A stretch of DNA of 64,000 nt from Desulfobacterales bacterium (GCA_025454255.1 JALOOU010000003.1:16585-80584); one strand, 5' to 3'. Shown: positions 54,130 through 64,000, counted from the stretch's first letter. Numbers and translations are program-made. Notes: generated by a model not told the origin, from the letters alone.

Positions 54130-54971
54130 TGGTCGCCGGCGCGCTTCAATCCGGCGTTTTCAAGCCAGCGGCCGATTTCTTCTTTCAAGATGGCATAGTA
54201 GGCTTCAGAGCCCCCGAGCCCGGCCCGGCCGAAATAGTAGTTTATCTCAAGCAGCAAGGGCGCCGGTGGATCCTCCGAAAGGTCGAAGATCACGTCGATG
54301 CCTGCCAGGTTGATGCCGCTCTTGCGGCAGAAGCCGGCCACCATTTTTGCGGCTGTCATTTTCAGCTCGGGATCGGCATCGGCATCGATCCTGGCGCCTT
54401 TCGAAAGGCTGGCCTTGAAGGCGTGAGCCTCCGCGCCCACCCGCCAATATGAAATGAGCCGATCTCCTATGACCGCAACTCGCAGCGATCTCCCCCCGCA
54501 GCGGATAAATTTCTGGATCAGGAAGCCGCTCTGCCCCGAGCGTTCGCAGCGGTCGGCATGATCGAGAAGCTCCTCCAACCCGTTCGGGCTGTCCACCAGG
54601 AACACCGTGTCGCCCTCGCCGCCCCAGTCGAATTTGAAAACGAGGGGAAACCGCATCGGGGGGGCCTCCGCGGATCGGGCCCTGTATTCGGCCAGGCCGG
54701 CATAGACTGCGGTTTCCGGGTGGGGGCAACCGATCGCCTTGAATAGCCTGATTTGACCGGTCTTCCCGGGATAGTCGAACCTGGCGTCGTAATTCGGGAA
54801 GACACGGCTGCAGGCGGTTCGGGCCATTGCATAGAGGCGCCGGGGGCATCCCTGGGGCAGAATGACCGCCGCGGCGCCGCGCATGGCGGCCTGATCCTGC
54901 GGGCCGGGCTCCCGGCCCGCGCACAGGATGTTGGCGTCGCCTCGGTACAGGGGGTGGAAGGAAACGATCAT
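54126..54971 (-). CDS. ATP-grasp (RimK/GshB-like) ligase
   Basis: FPLVFK..GGEGDTV, LIQKFI, LAGIDVIF, LLEINY. Confidence 0.8.
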   Translation of the reverse strand: MIVSFHPLYRGDANILCAGREPGPQDQAAMRGAAAVILPQGCPRRLYAMARTACSRVFPNYDARFDYPGKTGQIRLFKAIGCPHPETAVYAGLAEYRARSAEAPPMRFPLVFKFDWGGEGDTVFLVDSPNGLEELLDHADRCERSGQSGFLIQKFIRCGGRSLRVAVIGDRLISYWRVGAEAHAFKASLSKGARIDADADPELKMTAAKMVAGFCRKSGINLAGIDVIFDLSEDPPAPLLLEINYYFGRAGLGGSEAYYAILKEEIGRWLENAGLKRAGDQ

Positions 54972-55137
54972 GCAACACCGCAACTAAACCGGCTGCAGAA
55001 AAAATGAAAGCGAAGCCCGGAAATGGGGCCGAGGTCTATTGGGAATATTGCAGGAGAGTGCCGCTCCTAGTCAACAAAAACTTGAACCCGCGGCAAGGCG
55101 GGCGCTGTTTGCCGCGGGTTCAGTCAGGTCGGGAGAC

Positions 55138-58100
55138 CTAAAAGTTCATTTCCATCCAGTAGGATACGCCCAGCAGGGGCGATTTGGCATGGATCAGGGC
55201 GATCTCGCCGCTCGAGGAGCTCAGATACATGCCGTCGCTCCCGGGCAGCTTGAGAATGGCGGGCGAGTGGATGTTGCCCGAATTGCCCACCCCGGAGGGG
55301 GCCCAGTCGCTTGGAAGCCCGCTGAGGCTCAGGAGGTCTTTTTCGTCGATTTTGCGGTCGCCGGTTATGTCGAAAACCCCTCCGCCGGAGTAGCCCCCGG
55401 TAAAGGCGTTGATGGCCATGAACATGGAGTCGCCCCCCGGTCCGCAGCGGTCGCTGTTGGGGGTGAAGCCGATGGCCAGCAGCAAACGGTCCCGGATGAC
55501 GACATCGCTGATCACGCGCTCGCCCGGGGGCAGGTCCAGGTAGAACCCGCCGTGGTTGGCTTCGGTGCTGCTCAAGTCGGGTTTTTGGGCGGTGGGGTCG
55601 TTTGCGTCCGGCATGGTGATCCAGGAGGGCTTTTGGTTCGAGAGCATCCGAAACATCCGCTCTTCGGCGCCGATGGCAACCGTGCGGTCGGTCAGGGTCT
55701 GCTGCAGCAGAGTCACGGCGGCAGGCTGGTTGGAGAGCTGCGGGCTTGCGCCCCGATCGAAGGCCCCGAGGAACTCCTCATTGTCATCCGGGCTCCAACT
55801 CCTCTTTCTCAAGTCGTAGAACCGGTCGCCATAGTCCCAGATCCCGTAGATCGTCTGCGTGCTGTTGTCGGCCTGGTCCCACTCGCCCAGATATTTCCCG
55901 GTGCCGAAACAGACCATGTACCCGTGCTTTTTGGGGTGGAACATCACGTCGGGCTTGGTGGTGATCGGCTGCAGCGCCCCCCCCGGGCCCCTGGCCTGGA
56001 AGAGCGGCTGGCGCTCCCCGTTTTTGAAAAAAGCCACGTCCCAGGCGCCGGGGTCGCTGCCGGTGAGGTCGAATTTCCAGAGGTTACCCTTGAGATCGCC
56101 GGCATAGACGAAATCCACACGGCCGTCGCTGGAGACGTCGACGGCGATCGGGTGGGACATCCCGTTGTCCGGGCCTGCGCCGGCAACGATTTTCCTGATC
56201 AGGGAGCCGTCCCGGGGGTCGACGACGTAGAGCGCGGAGACGCCGCTTTCGCTGTTGTATCCGTTGCCGAAGATCACCGCCCATGGTTCGCTTCCGCCCC
56301 GCAGCGTTTTGACGATGACCGGCTTGCTGAAGGAGTAGCCCATGTCGGGGTCGGCGGTCTGCGGAAACTCCCACAGGACGCGGCTCGCCAGAACGCTTTC
56401 CGAGTCGATCTGGGCCTTGGCCGCGGTAATGTCGAGGGCGAAGTAGCCCTTGCCGCCTTTGCGCAGGCCGCCGACCAGCAGCGTCTTGGGGTTTTCGAGC
56501 GTCCCCCCCAAAATGTCGCCCCTTTTGACCGTGGGGGTGAGGTCGACATAGAACCGGTGGCTGTAGTTGGTTTCGGTCAGGAGCTTGAGGTTTTCGAAAA
56601 CAAGGTTGGGGACGTAGGCGAAAAGCTCTTCGCCGCTCCTGGCGTCGAAGGCATGCAGCATGCCGTCGTTGCCCCCGGAGTAGACCACGTCGTCCATGAA
56701 AACCGGGGCGGAGCTCACGATGTCGCCCAGTTTCTGCGAGCGGTAGCGGTATCCGCTGACCTCCCCTCCCCGCAGGTACATGACCTTGTCGGCCGGCTCG
56801 GCGCCCAAAGCCGTTTTTTGGGCCGCCGACAGATTTTCCTCGCGGAAAGGTATTCCGGCGGCACCGTTGAATGTGGCGATGAGCCGCGCTTCCCACCCTT
56901 TCGATTCCAGTTTTTCGGCCGCGGACCACCCCTTGGGGTCGCTTTTTTTCAGCTGGCCGGTAACGGGATCGACCGGAAAGGCCTTTATGTCGCCCGCCCA
57001 CTCGTCGTTCTGGTTGCTGTAGAGGGCCTGGTAGAGCAGCGTGTCGGGCCCGGCCTTGGCGTAGAGGTAGTCGCCGTTGACCGTCACCGAAGAGGAGGAG
57101 GCGATCAGGATCTCGCCGATGGCCTCCATCAGCTCGTTCAGCGCATTGGTCAATTCGATGGGGTTTTGGGCGCTGTAGAACCGCCCCCGGCCGTTGACGG
57201 CCGCGTGCCAGAGGTCGTCGACCGTGGTCGCCGCGTAGGCATCGTCCACCTTGGGCCATACGATCGGCAGGCCGGTGGTCTTGTGCTTGAGCTCCGCGTC
57301 GTAGTGGTTCGGGTTGAGCGTCCCGCTCACCCCGAAGGCGACGCTGTAGACGGCCAGGTGTTGGTGCTGGGCCTTGTCGTAGCGGCTCTTGGGGACTTCG
57401 TCGGGCAGCGAGGCATTCAGATCGGTGGCATAAAAATACATCGCGAAGTCGGCCAGCGTGTTGGAGTAGGCGTCGGCATAGGGGTGGCCCTTGTCGCCGT
57501 CGCTGTTGCCCGCAAGCGTCGTGGTCAGGTCGTTGTAAAAACCATCCGTGAAAAGCACCGCAAACGACTGCTGGCACGAACCGCCCTCCGCGAGGGTGCC
57601 GTAGGGCTTTGGCCCGCTGACGCCGGCCAGGACCCCCGTGTTGTCCTTGAAGTAGTTGCCGACCGTTTTGAGCCCGCCTTTGAGGGGCGTGCCCCCGTAG
57701 GATTGGTAGGCGTAGATTTTTTCGATGAGCAGATTGGTGTTGTCGCTGATCGCGGCGCCCTGCTTGACCTTGATGTCCGCCAGCGGCTGGACGATGGTTT
57801 GGTTGATGCCGTAAATTCCGACCCTCACCTCCGCCAGATCTTTCAGGATTTTGGCAAGGGCGTTCTTGGCGACATACTCGCGCCGGCGGTGGTAGGTGAA
57901 CCAGTTGGCGAAGTTCTGGCGCTCCTCATCATAGCTTCGGCCCGAATCGAGGCCTGCGGGCAGCGCGCCGACCGGCGCCAGGCCGGAGATCTTTTCTTCG
58001 AGGCCATCCAGGACCGTTGATATTTCATAATATTTTTTAGTGCTGGTGGCGCTGTCGAGCACCACCAGATATTTTTTGTTTTCGGCCGGGTCGAAGAGCG

Positions 58101-58671
58101 CATAGCGCGCGTGCGGCACGTTCACCGCGCCGATCGTGTACGACGTGCTCGAAAGATTGAGCGCTGGGCTCGCAAAATTCGGGTGGCTGCGCGGGGTGTT
58201 CGCATGCGCATTCGGGTAGGCGACGCTGCCGTAGCTCGGCCAGGGCAGGTAGGCGACTTGCGGGTTGTAGTACATCGCGTTGACGCCAAAGTACTGGGTT
58301 TTCCAATATTTTCGTCCTTCGCTGCCCGCATACCAGCTCGGCAGGGCTGCCTGGCTGTACTTGTTGTCGCCCAGGTTGTCGAAAAGATAGCAATAGCCGC
58401 GAAGGGCCGGATTGGTCGGGTTGAAGGAGCCGTCGAAGCCGCCGCTGACCATCACCTCGAAGTTCATGCTGCCCGAGTCGTCCAGCACGAACATGATGTT
58501 GGCCGGCGGCGGGAGAACACGGGTGAACATGGGGGTGTCCGAAAGCTGGATATCGGCCGAGGCGCCAAAGTGGATCGGAACAAGCCCCCAAAAAAGCAGA
58601 GCGACAACCGCGAACAAGGCGGCCCCTCTCCGATGTGAATCCATCCCGGGCGGCATTTCGGTTTTGAACAT
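55138..58671 (-). CDS. pilY1: type IV pilus tip adhesin PilY1/PilC, copy 2
   Basis: vWA MIDAS NIMFVLDDSGSM..GGTPL..LFTDG, QNFANWFTYHR, LGDIVSS, GGNDGMLHAF, DVSSDGRVDFVYAGDLKG. Confidence 0.92.
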   Translation of the reverse strand: MFKTEMPPGMDSHRRGAALFAVVALLFWGLVPIHFGASADIQLSDTPMFTRVLPPPANIMFVLDDSGSMNFEVMVSGGFDGSFNPTNPALRGYCYLFDNLGDNKYSQAALPSWYAGSEGRKYWKTQYFGVNAMYYNPQVAYLPWPSYGSVAYPNAHANTPRSHPNFASPALNLSSTSYTIGAVNVPHARYALFDPAENKKYLVVLDSATSTKKYYEISTVLDGLEEKISGLAPVGALPAGLDSGRSYDEERQNFANWFTYHRRREYVAKNALAKILKDLAEVRVGIYGINQTIVQPLADIKVKQGAAISDNTNLLIEKIYAYQSYGGTPLKGGLKTVGNYFKDNTGVLAGVSGPKPYGTLAEGGSCQQSFAVLFTDGFYNDLTTTLAGNSDGDKGHPYADAYSNTLADFAMYFYATDLNASLPDEVPKSRYDKAQHQHLAVYSVAFGVSGTLNPNHYDAELKHKTTGLPIVWPKVDDAYAATTVDDLWHAAVNGRGRFYSAQNPIELTNALNELMEAIGEILIASSSSVTVNGDYLYAKAGPDTLLYQALYSNQNDEWAGDIKAFPVDPVTGQLKKSDPKGWSAAEKLESKGWEARLIATFNGAAGIPFREENLSAAQKTALGAEPADKVMYLRGGEVSGYRYRSQKLGDIVSSAPVFMDDVVYSGGNDGMLHAFDARSGEELFAYVPNLVFENLKLLTETNYSHRFYVDLTPTVKRGDILGGTLENPKTLLVGGLRKGGKGYFALDITAAKAQIDSESVLASRVLWEFPQTADPDMGYSFSKPVIVKTLRGGSEPWAVIFGNGYNSESGVSALYVVDPRDGSLIRKIVAGAGPDNGMSHPIAVDVSSDGRVDFVYAGDLKGNLWKFDLTGSDPGAWDVAFFKNGERQPLFQARGPGGALQPITTKPDVMFHPKKHGYMVCFGTGKYLGEWDQADNSTQTIYGIWDYGDRFYDLRKRSWSPDDNEEFLGAFDRGASPQLSNQPAAVTLLQQTLTDRTVAIGAEERMFRMLSNQKPSWITMPDANDPTAQKPDLSSTEANHGGFYLDLPPGERVISDVVIRDRLLLAIGFTPNSDRCGPGGDSMFMAINAFTGGYSGGGVFDITGDRKIDEKDLLSLSGLPSDWAPSGVGNSGNIHSPAILKLPGSDGMYLSSSSGEIALIHAKSPLLGVSYWMEMNF

Positions 58672-58694
58672 GGCTCTCTCCGTTTCGATATCGA

Positions 58695-59210
58695 TTAGTA
58701 GGCCGCACGATAGCCGACGCGCACGATCGAGACCCCATCCCACTCGCAGCGGCCGTAAATGGAAAGATTGTGAATCTTGGGTTTGTCCGGGTCCAGGCTC
58801 TCCCCCGGGGCGATCCCCTCGACGCCGGCTACGTACTGGGCGCGGACGGGATCTATATGCGAATTATGGAAAGGGGTGGTGCTGGACGTCAGCAGCGTGT
58901 TGCGGACGGAGGGATCTTTGAAATACTCCCTGACGTTTTCGACGGTCAGCTCCCCTGTCAGCGTATCGACCCACACCGGCATGCCGCTTTTGAGGTTGGC
59001 GATGTTTTCCAATTCGTCGATGGCCTCGATGGCCGCACCCTCGGCGAGGTAGAAGTTGCGGTGATAGAGGATCGCGTTGCGGGACATGGCGGCCTCCGTG
59101 TTGGCCACCTGCGAGGCCGAAATGCCGATGATGGTGATCAACACCAGAATGACCAGGGCGGCAAGTATCGCCATGTACCCCTCTTGCGACTTCAACCCGG
59201 GAGCTGTCAT
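58695..59210 (-). CDS. pilX: minor pilin PilX, copy 2
   Basis: QEG/YMAILAALVILVLITIIG (no Glu5), NFYLAEGA. Confidence 0.85.
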   Translation of the reverse strand: MTAPGLKSQEGYMAILAALVILVLITIIGISASQVANTEAAMSRNAILYHRNFYLAEGAAIEAIDELENIANLKSGMPVWVDTLTGELTVENVREYFKDPSVRNTLLTSSTTPFHNSHIDPVRAQYVAGVEGIAPGESLDPDKPKIHNLSIYGRCEWDGVSIVRVGYRAAY

Positions 59211-59221
59211 CGTGCGTGCCT

Positions 59222-59884
59222 CTATATTCCGATGTTGCGCAGGCGCACCCGCGCGGAGAAGGTGCGCGCCACCAGCGCGCCCCTGCCGGCCGGCTCCTCC
59301 ACCGTCAGCGTTACGATCACGGTTCGGATCAGGCCGCGTTGGTTGTTGTCCACGACCGGGTTGCCGGCGTCGTCCAAAAATGTGAAGAGCGGCACATTGC
59401 CGGGGTTCGGCGCAACCCCCGATACCAACGTCATCCATGATTCTGAAAGGGTGGCCTCGTAGAGGCAGCGCCGCAGCGTTCGGCTGGCGGAGTCGTAGGC
59501 GAAGCTCACGCGCTCGTTCTTGCCCTCGACATCTCCGTCCGCCAGCGGGTGGTCGCAGCTGCCGCTCTCCCCGATCGCGAGGTTGCAGCGGTCGGCCGTG
59601 AACCGGATCCGGCTGCCGTCGGCGGCGATCAGCTCGATGCCGGCCCCGGCCTCCTTGAGCGGGTCCAGGCCGGCCAGGCGCAGCTCCTGAACCATATAAT
59701 CCACCCCGGCGCGTGCGGTCTGCTGGGCGGCGGCGGCTGCGTTCTGGGCGGTCGAGGAGCGGCCGAGGCTGGTGAAGAACGACACGACCAGGGCCAGCAC
59801 CACCATTGCCGTGCCCAACCCCACCAGCAGCTCGGCCAGGCTGAAGCCGCTCTCGCCGCTGCGCGGTCTGCTTGAATCTCTCAT
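59222..59884 (-). CDS. pilW: minor pilin PilW, copy 2
   Basis: ESG/FSLAELLVGL, MVQELRLAGLD. Confidence 0.85.
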   Translation of the reverse strand: MRDSSRPRSGESGFSLAELLVGLGTAMVVLALVVSFFTSLGRSSTAQNAAAAAQQTARAGVDYMVQELRLAGLDPLKEAGAGIELIAADGSRIRFTADRCNLAIGESGSCDHPLADGDVEGKNERVSFAYDSASRTLRRCLYEATLSESWMTLVSGVAPNPGNVPLFTFLDDAGNPVVDNNQRGLIRTVIVTLTVEEPAGRGALVARTFSARVRLRNIGI

Positions 59885-60318
59885 GTGCCGTTCCCCCTGG
59901 TGATGGTTGAGAGTTCGACCCTGCGCTGCTGCCCCAGACGATCCCACCTCACCGTGACCGTGATCCGCCGCGAGGAGTCGAAGCCCACCGGGTCGCTGAC
60001 GCTCCAGCTGCGCCAGAAAATTCCTCCGGCATCGCCCCGGTAGTCGATCGGGCCGTGCTCGTCCACGGTGCCGAGCGTTGTCAGGTCGGCGGTGCTCTTA
60101 AGGTTTTCGAGCGTCCGGGAGGCGAGCATGGTGGCCTGGGTGGCGATATTTCCGGTCGTGTTGTTTCTGCTGGTCGACAGGATCAAGGTTCCCACCGCCA
60201 GAAAGCCGATCGCAAAGATGCCGATGGCGATCATGGTCTCCAGCAGCAGATAGCCTTGGCTGTGGCGTCCTATATATCGGCTTGCCCGGCTGCGGGCATG
60301 AGTCGGCGTGTTTGGCAT
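59881..60318 (-). CDS. pilV: minor pilin PilV, copy 2
   Basis: SQG/YLLLETMIAIGIFAIGFLAV. Confidence 0.85.
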   Translation of the reverse strand: MPNTPTHARSRASRYIGRHSQGYLLLETMIAIGIFAIGFLAVGTLILSTSRNNTTGNIATQATMLASRTLENLKSTADLTTLGTVDEHGPIDYRGDAGGIFWRSWSVSDPVGFDSSRRITVTVRWDRLGQQRRVELSTITRGNGT

Positions 60319-60320
60319 GT

Positions 60321-60794
60321 TCAGTCCCTCACATCGATTCGCCCGAGGAAATTGACGACGATCGACCGGCGTTTGCCCCTTTCGTTTTCCAGCACCAGGG
60401 CGCCCGGTTGAGCGGTTCCCCGGGAGGTGAAGCTGGTTTTGTTGCCGCTGCTGTCAAAGGTGTAGTCCGGGTTCTCCACTGCGAAGCGCACCCCCTGGGG
60501 CAGCGCCTGCGACTTTATCGAGACCAAGTTGCCTTCCGGGTCCGGGTAGGTCAGATGGTAGCGGCCCTCGGCTGGCAAAAACGCCACGCTGACCGTGGCG
60601 TTCTCTTTGACCGCGCGCGACTTTGCGCGTTCCAAATCGCCGCGCACCTCGTTGACGGCCGCCCGCAGCCGCAGCCCGTGGCGCCAGTCCATGAGATGGG
60701 GCAGCGCAATCGCCGCCGCGATCGTGAAAATCCCGATCACGACGATCACCTCGAGCAGGGAAAATCCCAGCGCTTTTGCTGCAGGCCCCGGCAT
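60321..60794 (-). CDS. fimT: minor pilin FimT/FimU, copy 2
   Basis: ALG/FSLLEVIVVI, DLERAKSRAVKEN, FTSRG. Confidence 0.85.
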   Translation of the reverse strand: MPGPAAKALGFSLLEVIVVIGIFTIAAAIALPHLMDWRHGLRLRAAVNEVRGDLERAKSRAVKENATVSVAFLPAEGRYHLTYPDPEGNLVSIKSQALPQGVRFAVENPDYTFDSSGNKTSFTSRGTAQPGALVLENERGKRRSIVVNFLGRIDVRD

Positions 60795-60928
60795 GGCTCT
60801 GGGCCCCCTATGACTAATTTTGCGCCGATTGTAGTCAAGCATCCGAGTTGCCCCAACTGGTTGTGATTTGCCTTTTCCCCGCAGGCCGGCAAGAGGCCCA
60901 AAACGTGGCCGCGGTCACCCTGCCAGCA

Positions 60929-60945
60929 AGCAATATCCGTTCCAA
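60929..60945 (-). promoter_or_regulatory. sigma54 (-24/-12) promoter of pilus operon 2
   Basis: minus strand TTGGAACGGATATTGCT (GG-N10-GC), with an AT-rich tract upstream. Confidence 0.7.
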
Positions 60946-61241
60946 AAAAATTTTTAAATTAATTTATCAATGATATCGATTGGTTTTGATTTAAACGGGG
61001 CTTTCCACACCATTTGGAAGGCGGCGGAATGTGAAATGTTTTTGCCAATCCCGCTTGCAGTTTGCGCCAAGAAACAATGAAAATATCTTAATTATAGATA
61101 GTTATAACCTTTCGACCTTTTCCCCCTCCATCTGCATCAAGCAATTTTAAGCTCTTAAAAAGTTTTAGGCCCTTGCCGCCGCTCATTTTCCGGCAAAACG
61201 GTTTGACTCTTTCCCGCCGCCGGCCGCCCCGAAAATTTTTC

Positions 61242-61269
61242 TTGCATCCCGGAAAGGACGTGCTATATT
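61242..61269 (+). promoter_or_regulatory. putative sigma70 promoter with extended -10
   Basis: TTGCAT (61242-61247), 16 bp, TGc-TATATT (61261-61269). Confidence 0.55.
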
Positions 61270-61426
61270 CCGCGCAACTGAAACACGACAATCGGAAAAG
61301 ACGCGGAATCTGAAAGCAGGGAGTTTTTCTCTGCTTCTTCTTTTTGGGCGCTGAGGCGACTACAAAAAACCGGCGGCGCGGCTTGCGCCGGCGATAAACG
61401 TTCAACCACAACTGGAACCATGTTCG

Positions 61427-61453
61427 AGTCCTTCGGTCGAGGGCTTTTTTTTT
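61427..61453 (+). terminator. intrinsic terminator in the leader upstream of the ndvB-like gene
   Basis: AGTCCTTCG-GT-CGAGGGCT hairpin running into a long T tract. Confidence 0.65.
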
Positions 61454-61518
61454 GGCGTCCGGAAAAATTGCTAACAACCACGAACTAGTAATTTGGAGGG
61501 CGGAGACACCTCCGGTAT

Positions 61519-64000
61519 ATGCGCAAATCGACGTGGGTCATCATCGGCATCACCTGTGCGTTCAACATTGCCTTGTGGTCCTTCTTCAACCGACCCGAAA
61601 CCCCGGAGCCGGGATGGCAGGGCGTTTTCAACTACGTCTCTTTCAGCCCGTACCGCTCCGGGCAGGATCCCATCGAAAACAGGTTCCCGACCCCCGAGGA
61701 GATCTGGGAGGACCTCAATTTTCTCAAGGGGAAAACCCGCGGGATACGCACCTACTCCTCCCTGGACGGAATGGAGGTCATTCCCGGAATGGCCGCCCGG
61801 CTGGGCTTCGAGGTGACGGCCGGGGCGTGGCTTGACGGCCGCTGGGAGCGCAACGAGGACGAACTCGAAAACCTGGTGGCCAACGCCAAACGCTACCCGA
61901 ACACGATCAAGCGCGTGATGGTCGGCAACGAGGCCATCTACCGCAACGACCTGACCGTCGAGGAGATGATCGGCTACCTCGACCGCGTGCGCGCCGCGCT
62001 GAAGGTGCCGGTGGGCACGGCCGAGCCCTGGCACGTGTTCATGAAATATCCCGAGCTGGTCGATCACATGGATTTCGTCGCCATCCACGTGCTGCCCTAC
62101 TGGGAAAAGGTGCCCTTCAACGACTCGATCGGCTGGGTGCTCGACCGCTACCGGCAGGTCAAGGAGGCCTTTCCCGGCAAGCCCGTGTTCCTCGCGGAGG
62201 TGGGCTGGCCGAGCAACGGGGAGAACTTCGGCAAAGCCAAACCCGGCCGGGAGTCCGAGGCGCGCTTTCTGCGGCGGTTTCTCAACGTGGCCGACCTGCG
62301 CGGGATCGACTACTGCATCATGGAAGTTTTCGACCAGCCCTGGAAGAAGCCCCACGAAGGTGTCGTCGGCGGCTTCTGGGGCATCTACGACGTCAAACGC
62401 CAGCCCAAGTTCTCCTTCGTCGGCCCGATCATGGACAGCAGCCTGTTGTACTGCCAGATAGCGGCCGTGCTGCTGGGGCTCTTGTTCGTGTGGGGCTACA
62501 CCAGGACCCGGCCCTCCCAGACCTTCAGCGGCAGGCTCTTCTTCGCGCTGCTGCTGCAGACCACGGCCTCGGTGTTCGTCTGGGTCATGGCCTCTCCGCT
62601 GATCGGCGAGTTCATTTTCTGGGAGACCTTCATCTGGGCCGTCCTGCTGCCCATGCAGGCCGGGCTGCTCATGATCATCCTGGTGAACGGCTTCGAGATG
62701 TCCGAGATGGTGTGGGCCCAGGGGCTCAAGCGCCGCTTCACGCCGCTGGCGCCGGCGCCGGATTTTGCTTACCCGCGGGTCTCCATCCACGTTCCCATCT
62801 GCAAGGAGCCGCCGGACATGGTCGTCGAGACGTTGAACAGCCTCGCGGCCCTGGAGTACCCCAACTTCGAGGTGCTCGTCATCGACAACAACAACCCCCA
62901 CCCCGAGCTGTGGCGGCCGGTCGAGGCCCACTGCGCGCTGCTGGGGGAGCGATTCCGCTTCTTCCACCTCGAAACCCACCCGGGCTACAAGGCCGGGGCG
63001 CTCAATTTCGCCCTGCGGCAGACCGACCCGCAGGCCGGGTTCGTGGCCGTGGTCGACAGCGACTACATCGTGCGCCCCGACTGGCTCAATTCGCTCATGC
63101 CGCATTTCGACCGCGCCGAAGTGGGCGTGGTCCAGGCCCCCCAGGACCACCGCGGCTGGGAAGCCAGCCCCTTCAAGGAGATGATCAACTGGGAGTACCA
63201 CGGGTTTTTCGAGATCGGCATGGTGCACCGCAACGAGCGCAACGCCATCATCCAGCACGGGACGATGACGATCGTGCGCAGGTCCATGCTGGAGCACTCC
63301 GGCCGTTGGGCGGAGTGGTGCATCTGCGAGGATGCCGAGCTCGGCCTGCGGATCCAGAGCCTGGGCTGGGAGACCGTCTACGTGAAAGAGAGCTTCGGCA
63401 AGGGGCTCACGCCGGACTCCTTCGCGGGCTACAAGCGCCAGCGGTTCCGCTGGGTGTACGGGGCGGTGCAGATCATGAAGCGCCACTGGGCGGAGATCTC
63501 CCCGCTGAGCCGCACGAGCGGGCTGAACCTGGCGCAGCGCTACCACTTCATCGCCGGGTGGCTGCCCTGGTTCGGGGATGCGATCAGCTTCGTCATGAAC
63601 GTGCTCTGCATCTGCTGGGCCCTGGGCATGCTGCTCTTTCCGAAGTACTTCGGCTCGCCGCTCTACGTGCTGATGCTGCCGCCGATCGGCGCCTTCATGT
63701 TCAAGCTGCTGCACTTTCTGTGGCTCTACAGCGTGCGCGTGCCCTGCACGTTCAAGCAGCGGATCGGCGCGGCCCTCGCCGGCACGGCGCTGACCCACAC
63801 CATCGCCACCGGAATCATCAGCGGCCTATTCACATCCAGCAAGCCGTTCCTGCGCACGCCCAAGTGCGAGAGCAGGAGCGCCGTGATGAAAGGGCTGATG
63901 ATGGCCCGCGGCGAGGCGCTGATGATGCTGGGCCTGTTTGCCGCCGTGGCCATTCAGCTCAACTTCGGCAACGACCAGACCGAGGAGCGGCTGGTGTGGG
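61519..64000 (+). CDS. ndvB: GH17-GT2 fusion, NdvB-like cyclic beta-(1,3)-glucan synthase (3'-truncated; missing from ORF track)
   Basis: translated by hand: MRKSTWVIIG..SFSPYR..IRTYS..MVGNEAIYR..AEPWH..AEVGWPS (GH17), then VSIHVP..IDNN..GYKAGAL..VDSD..ICEDAELG..QRFRW (GT2). Confidence 0.88.
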   Translation, partial: MRKSTWVIIGITCAFNIALWSFFNRPETPEPGWQGVFNYVSFSPYRSGQDPIENRFPTPEEIWEDLNFLKGKTRGIRTYSSLDGMEVIPGMAARLGFEVTAGAWLDGRWERNEDELENLVANAKRYPNTIKRVMVGNEAIYRNDLTVEEMIGYLDRVRAALKVPVGTAEPWHVFMKYPELVDHMDFVAIHVLPYWEKVPFNDSIGWVLDRYRQVKEAFPGKPVFLAEVGWPSNGENFGKAKPGRESEARFLRRFLNVADLRGIDYCIMEVFDQPWKKPHEGVVGGFWGIYDVKRQPKFSFVGPIMDSSLLYCQIAAVLLGLLFVWGYTRTRPSQTFSGRLFFALLLQTTASVFVWVMASPLIGEFIFWETFIWAVLLPMQAGLLMIILVNGFEMSEMVWAQGLKRRFTPLAPAPDFAYPRVSIHVPICKEPPDMVVETLNSLAALEYPNFEVLVIDNNNPHPELWRPVEAHCALLGERFRFFHLETHPGYKAGALNFALRQTDPQAGFVAVVDSDYIVRPDWLNSLMPHFDRAEVGVVQAPQDHRGWEASPFKEMINWEYHGFFEIGMVHRNERNAIIQHGTMTIVRRSMLEHSGRWAEWCICEDAELGLRIQSLGWETVYVKESFGKGLTPDSFAGYKRQRFRWVYGAVQIMKRHWAEISPLSRTSGLNLAQRYHFIAGWLPWFGDAISFVMNVLCICWALGMLLFPKYFGSPLYVLMLPPIGAFMFKLLHFLWLYSVRVPCTFKQRIGAALAGTALTHTIATGIISGLFTSSKPFLRTPKCESRSAVMKGLMMARGEALMMLGLFAAVAIQLNFGNDQTEERLVW

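Overview
High-GC bacterial chromosome segment whose gene content points to Desulfobacterota (probably Desulfobacterales; inferred from gene families, not from a marker gene). It looks like a rearranged replication-origin region. dnaN-gyrB lacks the usual dnaA, recF and gyrA neighbours, and the rpmH-rnpA-yidD-yidC-mnmE cluster with two parS sites lies about 37-41 kb away. Other content: a glycogen operon (glgP-glgA-glgB plus a diguanylate cyclase), an EndoQ-UvrD fusion, a split RdgC pair, an archaeal-type thymidylate synthase, nadE, a SulP transporter, a c-di-GMP/PAS signalling island, two complete minor-pilin/PilY1 operons, an amino-acid ABC operon, htrA, a radical SAM gene with rng, and a truncated NdvB-like glucan synthase. 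The best candidate for an undescribed system is the DNA-repair locus at 6.9-16.2 kb: an EndoQ-UvrD fusion carrying two beta-clamp-binding-like motifs, divergent from split rdgC, a putative oriC, dnaN, gyrB and thyA. Second is a PilY1-DUF5658-HDOD/GGDEF/REC-small-protein surface-sensing module. All calls come from reading motifs by eye; no searches were run.
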